From Antedon mediterranea (taxonomy: Eukaryota; Animalia; Echinodermata): DNA of 64,000 nucleotides. Shown here in pieces: positions 1 through 13,364 of this stretch. The position numbers and the translations under genes are program-made. Position 1 is the first letter of the stretch; the number at the start of each line of letters is the position of its first letter. The notes under the pieces were generated by a model. The model had not been told where the DNA came from. It did no database searches and worked only from the letters and a program-made list of their open reading frames with translations. The stretch spans positions 18,795,045-18,859,044 of the forward strand of contig NC_092680.1 of NCBI RefSeq assembly GCF_964355755.1, given 5' to 3'.

Positions 1-1775
1 TCCTATTTAATCCCTATTTATTGTAAAAATTAGCTATTATGTTAATTATATTAAGCAGGATTGATAAACAGGTCTTCAAAACTGTAGAGCATGGTATAAT
101 AAGTTACTCATATTTTGATGAGACACCCATTTATATAATCAGTTGCCATAGCAACCTTCACATAGCACTCAGCGTTACCTTTATAAACCAGACAGAGGAG
201 AATTTAATGAGTATGATTGTAAAAACAGAAACACAACATTCAAAAGCATACAATACAAGCAGTTCAACATTGAAACATTGAGGACATATTTCATACAGCA
301 GAATATAAAGTTATGATGGTTATTTTCTTGTCAGCAGAAATGGGTCAAAAATTATAAACCACAGAAAAAAAATAGTGTCATTCATATACTGGAAAGTTGA
401 TCAAAGGGTTATTTCTTAAGTGCAGTTTTTAAAACCATTCTTTTTCTTGCCAGCAGAAATGGGTAAAACAAAAAATACTTCTTGACTGGACAATTGAACA
501 AAAGAATTTTTTCATTAACATGCTCCTTTTATATTTAATACATTAAGAAACACTGATTTAATATCCATCATTTCTGCTTTTATGTTTACCACAAAAAAAA
601 AGAGACAATGCTTTTCATTGCAATGGAAATATCTTCGTTCAGGAGGTTTACGTCAGTATTTTATCTGTTGCGCTATATAAATTTGACATTATAACATCAA
701 CATTATAAAATGGTTAATTCAACTGTTTTATTAACATCAACAACAACATTTATTTAGAAAACAGTTCATGAAATAAAAACAGCGTACATTAATTACAATA
801 ACTGAAAATGGTAACATAAAAAAGAACTGTTTCAGGGACCAGAAAAAGAAGTAAAAGAACTTGTCAAAAACCAACCCAAAACGAAAACAACAAAAGAGCA
901 ACTGCAAGACAAATCATTAGCTAATAATAATTGATCTATAAATTATAATCCTACAAAATTTATGGTTGAGCATGATAGGACATTATAGGGTCTAAAGTTT
1001 ACAAACTTTGATTGACAAAGTTCATGTGATATGCCAGTTCATACACAGTACATCATGTTAGTATAAATTTATGTAAATATAATAAAGTGCAATGATAAGA
1101 ACAATTACCTATTTTTTTTTTATCTTTTTATAAATTCACATACGGCATAGATCTATGGCAAAGATACTACTACTAGAACTACACCATGAACCAGGGGTAC
1201 AGTGGCGTAATAACTATGAGCACTCATTGGCTAAACCCTGGGGCCTGGAGCCTTTGAGGGCCCCTGAGCAGTGCCCAGAGGAAAAATAAGCATTAAAATA
1301 TGTTGGAAAAGGCTAAGAACGGCTGATGCCTCCAGCCTAAGGCTGTTAGGGTAACTAAACCAGGGGTTTTGCTATAGGTCTCTGGTTGAAAAGGGCTTGA
1401 TTTGCAAGAATATATTTTAAACAAGTATATTGTTGGGTAAGAACAAGAATTGTGTATGATACTGTCCATTTTTTTAACAAACACAAGCTAAACATCAGTT
1501 TTTAAATCCGACATGTTGTGAACATTCACTCTGTGGTACGATAAATCAGATAAAGATGGTAACTTATTAGTTCAAACCGCAAAATGACGTACAGTAACCA
1601 CAAATGACAAATAACAACTTTATCAACTACCTTTGCTCCATAGAAAAATATAAAAATCTAAATCGAAGATAGCCAATTTAAATGTGTGTACAAGGGACCT
1701 ACTTTATCTTTATAATGTACAAAAAAAAAAAAATCAAAAATTGATAAGAGGTCACTAGCATAAAAATGTTATTTA

Positions 1776-2512
1776 GGCCCTGTTTCTGCTGCCAAGAAAA
1801 TACAGTATTTTATATGGTATTTTTTGAATACCGTATTTATACCGTATTTTTTTGGCAGCAGAAAATACCGTATTTTGTATACCGTATTTTCCCCACAAAA
1901 TTTGTGGATAAAATACGGTTTACAAATTTATACCGTATTTTTTATACCCTTTTCTTCTGCCAATAAAAAATACCGTATTTTTTTTTCTGTCGCTGTCAGC
2001 TGTTTTACACACGTGTATAGATATATTCGGCAAAAATGTGGAGCGAAGACGTCACAGTATTTACTATATAAATATGTGTGGAAAAGGAGGGGGTGGAGAA
2101 GCTAAAATGTCCGGCCAACTAAAAAGTAATAAAAGGGACAACCACAACTAACAAAATAAAGGAATACAGACTTGTTTCCAAAGCAAGTAAACTCAAAGAA
2201 GCTGAAGAGCCTGCAAAAGCAGTACAATAACTCGGGGAGGGAACGAATTACTTGTCCCCATTCTGTGCTCTAACATCTCTATCACTAGGGCTAGGCTGTT
2301 GAAAGTGAGACGTAAAACTTCCTTTATTGCGACTTTTAATTATCGACCAAATAAATGAATGGCAATTTGGGTAAAAAGGATGAAATTTAACACGACCACC
2401 CAAGAAGTATTGTTAGCAGAAACGGGGTACTAAAAAATACGGTATAAAAAATACCGTATTTTATACCGTATTTTTATACCGTATTTTGAGCAGTTGCAGC
2501 AGAAACAGGCCC
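1776..2512. mobile_element. Non-autonomous DNA transposon (MITE-like, PIF/Harbinger-type), ~740 bp
   Basis: Terminal inverted repeats GGCCCTGTTTCTGCTG...CAGCAGAAACAGGCCC flanked by TTA on both sides; many subterminal ATACCGTATTTT repeats. The ORFs at 1766-2105 derive from these repeats. Confidence 0.75.
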
Positions 2513-2692
2513 TTAGTGGGAATTCCAAATTGTATTCAGAAATATAGTATGGTAATAGATCATTCAACGTAGTGTAAGGGGGAAGAGCATGGACTCTTCG
2601 AAACCACTGTTAATAAACTGTGTTTGAAAATTTGTCCTGTTTCCGGTGCCAAGTAATTGGGGCTAATTTATTCACACAGTTATTAACTGAGT

Positions 2693-2997
2693 ATAATAAT
2701 AATAATATTTGTTTTTTATATAGCGCTTATTGCACAATGCTTCTAAGCGCTTCACATTATTATCCCAGTCATTATTTTGGATCAAACACCCAAAACATAC
2801 TCCCAAAATGTAATAGTAATCAGGGCAAAGTTGTTTCTTGATCTAAGCGGGTTCCCATTTTATACACCTAGGTGGAGAGAGGCAAACTTAAGTAAAGTAT
2901 CTTGCCTAAGAATACAAGCAATGCGGCGAGAATTGGATTCGAACCTTGATCTCACGATCAGTAGTCCACCGTCCAACACCCCACGCCACACGCCCTT
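2693..2997 (-). mobile_element. tRNA-derived SINE, CORE-like family A
   Basis: Reverse complement of the elements at 26049-26330 and 38137-38427: B-box-like GTTCGAATCC, central CTTAGGCAAGATACTT...CCTCTCTCCACCTAGGTGTATAAAATGGG, and a GCGCTATA...(TTA)n tail. Confidence 0.75.
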
Positions 2998-3608
2998 AAA
3001 TATAATAAGTACATAGAAATAGTCATAATTTAACCCTGTTGATAATGGAAAGATATTACCATTTTATTCAAATATGAGGAAAACAAAAATAATTTAACCA
3101 TGGTTATTCATAATGGATTAAGAAATATATTTACATATAAATTGAAAAATGTTAAATATTAAAAGAAAAACTCCCTCGGGACAATAAAAAAAAATAGCTG
3201 GGTATGCCAAGAGTTATAGTATTACTACAGAACATTCTCTCAATTCACTGATTGGCACATTATTATAGGCCTACAGTACTATTAAGTTTGATTATCGTAT
3301 CTCAGGCATGAGCTAAATTATATTATTAATGTATTAATTGAATGTAATGATTTCAAATTAAAATAAATTATTGCCACAAAAGACACCGATAATCAACGGA
3401 ATGGAGTATACTGGGCAAATGCGCAAATTAACATTTTTCATAAATCACCGTCCCCTTTCATCTACCATCCAAAAGCGAAAGCTTATTAATGACTGGGGGT
3501 AACAGAAATGTTAGCTAGACAAGTAAACGATAACATTAACAATTTAAATGTTCGAATGCTTTGCAACTACCAAGATCAGGCCAAGATGCAATCAAAAAAG
3601 TGTAAATG

Positions 3609-3760
3609 GGGTCCAATTTACACAGACGAGTGTTAATGATAATAACAATATAAAATCAATGTTACTGTATTCACTTAACTTATTACACAAAACACTGAGC
3701 GGAAGGGTGGTTTCCACTCAGAATAGACAGATACTATCTGGGACAAGCTATGGCCTTTAG
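3609..3760. mobile_element. Degenerate copy of MITE family C (GGCCAATTTACACAGA TIR)
   Basis: Matches the left part of the intact copies at 21243-21427 and 57934-58095. Confidence 0.6.
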
Positions 3761-3865
3761 TTGGCCAAAACTAGAACCTGGTAGGATTACTACAAAAACC
3801 AGTTAAAAGTTTAAAAAGTATACTTTAGTATTTATATCTTTTAATGACATAAAAATATATAAAAG

Positions 3866-4105
3866 ATTGATATTTGAATCCAAATTATGAGATTGATATT
3901 TGAATCCAGATTATGAGATTGATATTTGAATCCAGATTATGAGATTGATATTTGAATCCAAATTATGAGATTGATATTTCCAAACAAATTATGAGACTGA
4001 TATTTTAATCCAAATATAAGATTGATATTTTAATCCAAATAATGAGATTGATATTTCAATCCAAATTATGAGATTGATATTTCAATCCAAATTATGACAT
4101 TGATA
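3866..4105. repeat. 26-bp minisatellite, ~9 copies (GATTGATATTTGAATCCAAATTATGA)
   Basis: Direct tandem repetition visible in the sequence. Confidence 0.9.
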
Positions 4106-5873
4106 CTCAGATTATAAATTAAAAATTGTCATGATTTTTATTAAAATTAAATAACTGATCTATGGCTTAATACACAAACTGAATTACCAAATTAATTTTT
4201 TTTATCAAACAGCAAGATTCTTCATGTTGTATTTATTTTTTTTTTTGTCTTTTAAATTTCTTTCCAACAATTCAATAAAAAAACAGAGACTCAAATTAAT
4301 ACTACTAATAATAATATATCAGTTGGCGATATTAGTATGAAGTTGCATAGAATTAACAGGATTACATCAAGTGGTCAGTAGCCAGTTAATAGATTTTCAT
4401 GTGAAAGTCAGTGAATCATTACAAGCCACTGTCCAGGATTGTCTGCCATTATTGTTCATCATACCCAGGCCTCTGAAACAAGACATTTGTCCATGTTGTT
4501 GAATTTGATTTTTTAGGAGAAACATATGATTGATCCCTTCATTGTTTTAAAAATAATTAAATGTATAATCATGAAAGGAAAAAATATCATACATTTAACT
4601 TGAAATGAAATAAATATTTTAAACCTTGTCTGGGATTTTATATTTACCTAAATAACAATAACCTAGTTACTTCTGAAAAATATGTGAATATTATTTAAAC
4701 AAAAATACTTGACACAGCCTACTTATGTTGTTTTTATGTTTATGATATTACAGTAAGTACATACAGAATTTGTCAATGTCACTGTTAATACCCAATATAT
4801 AAGGTTTGTAACTATGGGCATAATTTTGGACTACTGTGTGGCATGTCAACCCCAAAACAAGCACATTTTAAAACATTTATATAGTATATATAAGTATATT
4901 ACGCTTAAATAATCTTCCTATGTTTTGATGAAATTGTTGTTATGTTTATTATAAGTACAGACTTTGTCAATGCCACTTTCAATACCCAATATAAGGTTCA
5001 TACGTGTGGACATATTTTTAACTGTGGCGTGTCAACCCCGAAACAAGAAAAAACAACATGAATCTGTAATAGAAAATATCCAAAGCATGAACAACACACA
5101 GGCTATCATATCTGAACAAGGTGCACGCACATCCCGCAAATGACTGCACAAACTGAAAGAGCACTCTGTACTTATTTATTTGCATTTTGGCTACTCGTGC
5201 AGAAGTTGGAACTAAAGCATTGAATTTAACAATGACAGAGAATATATAGTTACAAGCTAACTTGAAACTGTATCTATTTTCTAACATAATGGGTATATGT
5301 TAAAATCGGTTAGGCTATATAAACTACTGTACAATAACCTTTTGGTACAATGAGAATGAAAGGTTTTTCCCACAGAAATAATAATGGTTTTGAATAAATA
5401 TTATTCTTTGAGATAACAAGTAGAATATAGAAATAACAGTGAATAAACTTGTAATGTATATTCTTCATTATACTCATTTTATTTGTACTATCTGAAAGGC
5501 TATAGTGTTATAAAAACAGGTTAGGAATCTATGTTTAAAATTGACCCTATTGAAAATATGAACAATTATGTTTTGCACCTTTAATAGTAATATTGTCATA
5601 TTTGTATATTTATCCTTTGTACCACCAGGTACCATAAGATCAATGACATTTTGTAACATATTTTTCCACTCTCAGTTTGGATTTAAAACGAACAAAATAG
5701 AAAGGAAAAAAAGAAAATTCTAAAATCTTTAGGCCCAACCATCCAAATGTTTGCATAGGACTTGTATACCCCAAAAGAGAACTATTATATTTTTAATCAT
5801 TTCTCACTACTATAATGCAAGTCTCTATAAACCAGTAAGAAAAATTGACAAAGAATATTAAGATGAAAGCATG

Positions 5874-5983
5874 ACGCCTCCCCCGAATAAACACTTCCCT
5901 CGAATAAACACCTCTTGGTTAAGCGACCAAAAAAAACCCTGAACAATAAATGACCCGGGGTGTTTATTTTAATAAATACGGTA
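5874..5983 (-). mobile_element. DNA transposon end fragment (TACCGTATTTATT... terminus)
   Basis: Inverted homolog of 43397-43490 (TACCGTATTTATT...CCCC.GG.CATTTATTGTTCAGG...TTATTCGAGGGA.G.GTTTA). Confidence 0.55.
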
Positions 5984-7402
5984 TATCCAGGTATATCAAT
6001 ATAATTTAATATATTAAATGAATCTGTTAAATCTACCATGACAGAGGTAGTTTTGTGGAGGGGGTATATATTATGAATATGAATTATATTATATCAATAT
6101 AATCTAATCTTTTTTATGAATTATTAAAATATTTATTCTTTAATTTAATTGTTTAAATATAAATAATAAGTTAGTATAATCACTTATTTTAAGTTTATCT
6201 CTAGAAACAAGTTCTAAAAGTAATTAATCGAATCCAAACTAATTTCACATGTTTGTTAAAGCCATAAAAGTGATGCATGCATTAAATACTGTACTAAAAA
6301 ATCCTAATAAGGATTGCAAGTGTTTAAAAATGAATTCACATGGTAGATGATATTGCAGTGTGTAGTGAACCTATTTAAATTATATCCAACCATCTGTATC
6401 CATCATCATAACACAATCAACATTATGCAGTTTTAAAGCATCGACTAGCTTCGTAATTTATATCATCCGACCTGCCAAGAGTGATTCACGGTATCACAAA
6501 TGGTACATAATCAGACAATGATATTAATTTTGACGCCGATGCTAAAGATAATTTCTAAAACTACAACACCTTTTACCCTACCTTTCCATTGTTGAAGATT
6601 TTTTTCATAGCTTTTTCCATGCTCATTTTCTTGGTTAGTCATTCTAAGTTTAGTTAGTACAATCAATGTGAGGCTGTGAAGCCTTCCCGAAAATAACTCG
6701 GCCGCTATTAAAACCTTTCAGTTGAAAACCACTTGGATATGGTTGAACTACAGTGTTACTAAATCAGGTAGATTAGAACGGTTCCACTAAATGTGAAGTG
6801 TATTAATGCATCGTCGTGATTAATTTTAGCAGGTGGATACGTGTGAAAACAGGAAGAAACCGAGCCAATAGAAGCGTATATACGATAGGCATCATGCGAA
6901 AAAAATGTTACAACATCAAAAATATACCTGGAACCTCGATAGGTGCTAATTAGACATGGTAATAACAGGTTCTAAGGAGGGTAGATTAAGAATGAACAAA
7001 TTCAGATTGATTTTTACATTTTAACAAGACCCTTTTGTATATTTTCAAAGGCTGGAAAATCTTTCTTTATCATGCTTAGGATATTTCACACAATGACTTG
7101 ACTAAACAAATCTAGGCTGTAAAACCAGTGGGATCTGATAAATAAATAGCTATAACTGGTTGGGGTCAAACATAAATTGGACCACGTATGTTGAATAGAG
7201 ATTAATTTTGATATACATAGGCCTAGGCTAAATCTTAATGAATGGACAAAAGTAATTAAGCAAATATACACCTGTAATTAAGTAAATGCTTAATTGATTG
7301 AATTTGACCTTGACAAACCATAACAAAACATTCTTAAGAATATATATGTTGCTTATATATTACGCAATAAATATGTATTTTGTAATCTCAAAGCTAGCCT
7401 AC

Positions 7403-7573
7403 CAAATGCCGGGTATCAAACACGAACTCACCTGCAATTCGCAGTACGGCTCTGTCGGCGAGATCTGGGGCCGTGTTCGTCCAAGATGTATATCCTTGGC
7501 TCTCACGCCGTTCCATCAACTTCACGATCGGAACGCGATTCTTCTCCTCTTCTTCTGTCAAATTGTAGGCCAT
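7403..7573 (-). CDS. First coding exon of an unidentified gene continuing off the left edge; N-terminus weakly resembles AMBRA1
   Basis: ATG at 7573 in GCCATGG Kozak context; MAYNLTEEEEKNRVPIVKLMERRESQGYTSWTNTAPDLADRAVLRIAGEFVFDTRHL. Two candidate donors: CAG|GTGAGT after 7432 and TTG|GTAGGC after 7403. Acceptor TTATCAG at 7684-7685; upstream UTR-exon donor near 7876. AMBRA1 similarity is from memory and unverified. Confidence 0.6.
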
Positions 7574-8244
7574 GGCCAGACAATTACCGCCTTAGCTAAT
7601 CTCACACAATCTACACTGTTCCCATCTTACGATAATTATAAATATAGGCTACAACAGCGATATCCCAATCCTCCCTTTTCAGCCTGATAAAATAAGACAA
7701 TCACACCGTGCACACAACTGCAGAACAAGTAATCATGTCACTGTAAAAAATGTAGAAGATGCCATAGAAAAATTAGAATATTAGACTACTCCAGGCCTTA
7801 TACTACACAGTAAATGACAGAAAATACAAGATAGATAATCACATGTTCAGCATCTACATAAATTATTCATCTCTACCTGTTTCATGCAGTAATTCTCGTT
7901 ATGGGGAAAATAAGAAGGTGTTTATCATTGATTCTTACTACCGGTGTGTCGTGTGTAGATGGATGGTTATGCGATCACCACGGCATGCGCTGTTTTTTAA
8001 TTAATTGGGCGCAGACTATTAATTACTGACCTATGACATATCAGAAATAATTCAAGTGGAAATACTAAGCTTTTTGCTATATCTACATCAATATAATATC
8101 GATTTGAATATTTAAATTATTACAGACCTTAAATTCAAGTGTAAATAATACCATTGACCATGGAATCATAAAATAGCAGATACGTCGTATTCACGGACAT
8201 AAGACCAATGCTAAAAAAGGTTCCCCTGGGAATGTGTTCTTAGT

Positions 8245-8380
8245 TCATTTCTGATTGGCTACTTCTGTTGAGATGACTCATGCATCGAACGTCACCAATC
8301 AGGTCCCAGCATTGCAAAACCATTGACAATTTTTTAGCCAATCATCTTTCGTTGTCAGATGTAAACATAGGCTACACGTG
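8245..8380 (-). promoter_or_regulatory. Likely promoter with clustered CCAAT boxes
   Basis: CTGATTGGCT (~8250), CACCAATCAG (~8293), AGCCAATCA (~8336) and CACGTG (~8375), just upstream of the 5' exons of the gene at 7573. Confidence 0.5.
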
Positions 8381-9695
8381 CCCTTTATAGTATTTTAATG
8401 TGTCTTTATAAAATCTGGATAATGAATAGCGGAAATTGTTGGCATACACTAACGATTTCAGACTCTTTTGTATTTAAGCGTATAATAAATGTAAACTAAT
8501 TGAAACAGAGAGTAATAGGGAAGAGTAGTAAGGGCTTTTGAAATTAAATCAGGCTTACTCTCGCCTCGTTTAAATAACAAAAAGATAAAACAAATTTGAT
8601 GTTTATATTATTTGATTTTTATTATTATAATATTTATAACTTGGCTATATACACTATTTACAGACAATACCAGTAGGCATGGGGTTTGTTTTTTATTATC
8701 CCTCGACTGGTGGTTAACTCTATATATAACGGATAGACTCCAGAACCTTCCACACTTTACTATTTTCGAGAACAAAGCATTCTATATGTGGATTTAGATG
8801 AATGTTAAGGGTGTCATTAAAGACATATGTGAGTGAATCAAAATTAATGAAAACAATACATTAAAATGGGCACATGGTAAAACATCTCTATAAGTTCATC
8901 GGTATGAAAATTCTGCTAAATTACATAATAATCACCTCTCACTGATCGTTAGCTAGGTCCACATTAGAGGCCCTCTCACCTCTTCAGTACTAACCGCTGT
9001 CTCGTCTGCAGTATCGTATCAGTGAATTACATTTATAACGCAAGTATTACGGTAACTTCTTTTAGTTTGTTACGATAACCGGTTCTGATTAAAAATACTA
9101 ACGAGAGAGTCGACCACCACCCATAACCATTATTATTTATTTTCTTTATAAATTAACAATTACATTTTAGGCCTACTATGCGCAAGAACATTTTTTAATG
9201 AATGACAGTTATCAGTGTTTGAAGACTAACGTAAATCAAACCCTCGTAAAATGATATACTATTCGATTAAATAGTTAACGTTAAATAATATCAACAAATA
9301 CAAACCAATTAAAGTAACTGTATAGCCACTAAATGCGTAATTTGATACATCATATAATTTAAGTGAGGCTCGTTCATGGTATTTCTTTATATAGTGTACA
9401 AGTTTTAAGGCTAAATGTTATAAATGGCGCGTTATTTTACATTATGAAACACGTTTGTGATACGTCAGTTGTTTGGACAAGGAGTTGCAATTCCTGGTTT
9501 GGATGCCACGCCTACTGACTATATAGGCCTACGTAAGAGGCGTAGGTTGGATGCTATCTGGAAAAACCTAATAAAAATTTCAACTATACAGACATTTAAA
9601 TGGTACCTCCGGGGTTAAACCACTTTTTTCTAAAGGGCTACCGTAATAAGGGATTCCCAGTGCTGTATCATGTAAAGTTAGGTTGTTAAGGGTAA

Positions 9696-9835
9696 AGCTA
9701 TGTCTACACTATCAAACTAGTTTGACTAAAAAAGTGTGATGTGTCCAAATATGGTGGTGATATATCACAACCATGTTCATATATGGGCACATCACATTTT
9801 TTTGTCACATAAAGTTTGATAGTGTAGACATAGCT
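9696..9835. mobile_element. MITE family A (AGCTCTGTCTACACTATCAAACT TIR; TAA/TTA TSD; Tourist/PIF-Harbinger-like)
   Basis: TIR pair with internal CCAAATATGGTAGTGATATG core; one of ~17 copies in the window. Confidence 0.85.
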
Positions 9836-10572
9836 TTAGATTCTCTAGATACATGTGAAACACATGTGATGTTGTATTACCTAATATTCCTATGATACTT
9901 CGGAAATAGATACAGTACCGAGAATCGGCTGTACAGTTATACACAGCCACGCTGAGAGCTATTGCTTTGAAATTTGTTAATGTTTTTTCAATATACTGCA
10001 ATAAATAAATGTAATGTTCGTTTTATGTTTTAATTAACAATTTACTGTAGGTGTCCGAGGGAAGAGTTAAATTATTAATTTAACTCTTCCCTGGTTTAAC
10101 TACAATAGAACTCGTATCATGGACGTATATGTTGGTCCATGCTCATATTAAGGACATCTTTGTGACCCTACAAAGTTGGGATGTCACCTGAATAGGGATG
10201 TATCCACACGGATAGGGTTACTTTACCACCTGTGTAGTTAGATCAGGAAAGAATGTTACTCTTCCCGTGTTAGATGCATTATGATTGAATTAAATTGAAG
10301 ACAAAGCAATAAATTTGTTTGAATCAAATTGTCTGTCATAAACTATTTTATTATTCACCTTTAAATTAATTATTAACAAAAAAACTATTATTTTAAACAT
10401 TTGTTTAAAATATGCATATACAACTAAGTCATGCTTTGGTTCAAATAATACTATGAACTAATACTGTTGCAATTATCAAAATTTAAAATTGATATTTATA
10501 AAAAAATACACTTGCACTATAAAAACGTTATCTTTGGTTTTAGGAAATCAAATGTAGTAATGTATTTGTACT

Positions 10573-11370
10573 ATAAACAAACATATGGGCCACAGGGCCT
10601 ACATAGGATAGATGGGATAAACAAACATATGGGCCACAGGGCCTACATAGGATAGATGGGATAAACAAACATATGGGCCACAGGGCCTACATAGGATAGA
10701 TGGGATAAACAAACATATGGGCCACAGGGCCTACATAGGATAGATGGGATAAACAAACATATGGGCTACAGGGCCTACATAGGATAGATGGGATAAACAA
10801 ACATATGGGCCACAGGGCCTACATAGGATAGATGGGATAAACAAACATATGGGCCACAGGGCCTACATAGGATAGATGGGATAAACAAACATATGGGCCA
10901 CAGGGCCTACATAGGATAGATGGGATAAACAAACATATGGGCCACAGGGCCTACATAGGATAGATGGGATAAACAAACATATGGGCTACAGGGCCTACAT
11001 AGGATAGATGGGATAAACAAACATATGGGCTACAGGGCCTACATAGGATAGATGGGATAAACAAACATATGGGCCACAGGGCCTACATAGGATAGATGGG
11101 ATAAACAAACATATGGGCCACAGGGCCTACATAGGATAGATGGGATAAACAAACATATGGGCCACAGGGCCTACATAGGATAGATGGGATAAACAAACAT
11201 ATGGGCCACAGGGCCTACATAGGATAGATGGGATAAACAAACATATGGGCTACAGGGCCTACATAGGATAGATGGGATAAACAAACATATGGGCTACAGG
11301 GCCTACATAGGATAGATGGGATAAACAAACATATGGGCCACAGGGCCTACATAGGATAGATGGGATAAAC
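10573..11370. repeat. 44-bp tandem repeat, ~18 near-identical copies (ATAAACAAACATATGGGCCACAGGGCCTACATAGGATAGATGGG)
   Basis: Head-to-tail units with a single C/T variant position and no unique spacers, so not CRISPR. Confidence 0.95.
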
Positions 11371-12274
11371 AACAAAGAAATTAGTTATTAGCTTTCATTT
11401 ACTTAATACTGTGTTTAAGGACACCATCATCCATCCCTTCTCAGAAATTGATATTAATGAAAAAATTGAGTGAACAATGCAAAATGAATTCAGCAATATT
11501 TTGTTATCCAATGCTACATCTTTTAAATAAAGACCACTTAAAAAGAAAGATGGTAAGATTATTGATAATAGACTCTTTAACAAATTAAAAAAAAAAACAG
11601 AAAAACCCCAAAATTATTAACTAAATATTAACACTTTATAATTAACATTGAAAACATTTTCACTCCTAATAAGAATATATTCCTTACTATTATTGACTGT
11701 AGAATTTATCGTTTGATTTATTTTTTTATGAATTGTTTGTATCCTATCCATTATAACTATTGTGTAAACTTGTATATAACAAACCAAATAATAATAATAA
11801 TAATAATAGGCCAAACCTCTCAGTGTGACAGTTTTTACATTTTAAAGAAAATAACCAATGAAATAAATTGTTTAAAGAAACAAATAAACAGTAGTAAGAT
11901 TACACTAAAGTAATTAATGTAAAATAAAAAATATGTTATAAAAATACAGTAAATTCCTTAAAATATCTGAACATATATCTGAAAGAAAAGGGTACAGTAT
12001 TTGTTTACTTTGTTTGCCAGTCGTTGGAAAATTCTTTATTCTTTATTCTTTATTTCAAGCCAACAGTGTAAAACACCAATAACAGGTTGAAAATAAAATA
12101 ACTAAACTATAAAATATAAGCCAATATAAATATATACAAAAATAAGTAGAGTTATTATAAATATGGTTACATTTGCATTTTAATTTATATTAATAATTAT
12201 ATTTCAAAAGTAAAGGTAATTTCAATTCTCAAAAGAAGACATCCTCCTCAAGTCCAAGGTATATGTGAGAGTTA

Positions 12275-12412
12275 ATCTCTGTCCACACTATCAAACTAGT
12301 TTGTGACGTGCCCGTGGTAGTGATATTCTCAAATATGGTACTGATATGACATCGTCATGTCCATATACGGGCACATGACTTTGTCGCATAACATTTTAAG
12401 TGAGACAGAGCT
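12275..12412. mobile_element. MITE family A, degenerate copy
   Basis: CTCTGTCCACACTATCAAACTAGTTTG ... GAGACAGAGCT. Confidence 0.7.
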
Positions 12413-13036
12413 TTAAACACATGTCTAATAAATAATGTTTCGAAAAACTAAAAAAGCTGTATACCATTTAAAAACAGTTTAATATAAATGTTTGTATTAC
12501 TAGTAACATGCACACACATTAAAATATTAATTTTACAGTTGTTTACCAACCATAGTAAAATATAATAGTCAGTACAGTATGTACATTACAAAAGGTTAAA
12601 AAATATAGCTGTTATTTTCAAGCTAAGATAGCAACACATGCTGTACATACAGTATATAATTGTATTTGGTTTTGTATCTTAACAAATTCAAGTACCATTG
12701 AAAATAATTGGAATTTCTGTATAAAAAAAATATGTTTGTACTGTATATTACAAATACTTAAAGATCTTGGTAGTAGAAAACTTTTTTATTCCTAAAAACC
12801 GTTAAATATAAGTTAAAAACCAAATTTCTGAAACTTTGGTCAAAGTACATATTATCTAGCAAAATGTTTTATGACATAGATAAGATAAGCAAAAACAACA
12901 GATAAAAAAAAAGTCAATGGGCCGGGTCTAATCTACACTTGAAAGCTTTACCAAATGTTTGTTTGTGAACTGTTTTGTTTGATTTAGCAACAAAACTTAG
13001 CCAGTGTAGGCTAGGCTCAATAGATGATTAGTCCAA

Positions 13037-13163
13037 AGCTCTATCAACACTATCAAACTAGCTTTACAAAAAAAGTGTAATGTGCCCAAATATGGTAGTG
13101 ATATGACATCATAGTGCCCATATATGGTCAAATCACATAAAGTTTGATAGTGTAGACAGAGCT
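13037..13163. mobile_element. MITE family A copy
   Basis: Both TIRs present. Confidence 0.85.
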
Positions 13164-13364
13164 TAAATCAGAGTCTACATTAGCAAACTAGAGCAAACTC
13201 CCACTTTGACAAGAAGTTTTCCAAAGTTTGCCAATTCAGAACAGTTGACAAACTTTAGAAAACTAAGGTTTATGAGCTCAGCAAATAACAGTCTTAAAGT
13301 TATGAGATTGAGCATACGGCTTTACAAAGAGTTTCATATTGTAGACAGAAAACTTCTACAAGCA

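Noticed and set aside
4390-4475. Possible minus-strand exon after acceptor tgtttcag at ~4473
   Set aside because: Hits a stop within a few codons in the phases offered by both upstream donors; no recognisable homology.
7298-7687. 129-aa plus-strand ORF
   Set aside because: Antisense shadow of the minus-strand exon, which has the Kozak ATG and the splice sites.
10573-11370. CRISPR-like regular array
   Set aside because: No unique spacers, no cas genes, eukaryotic context.
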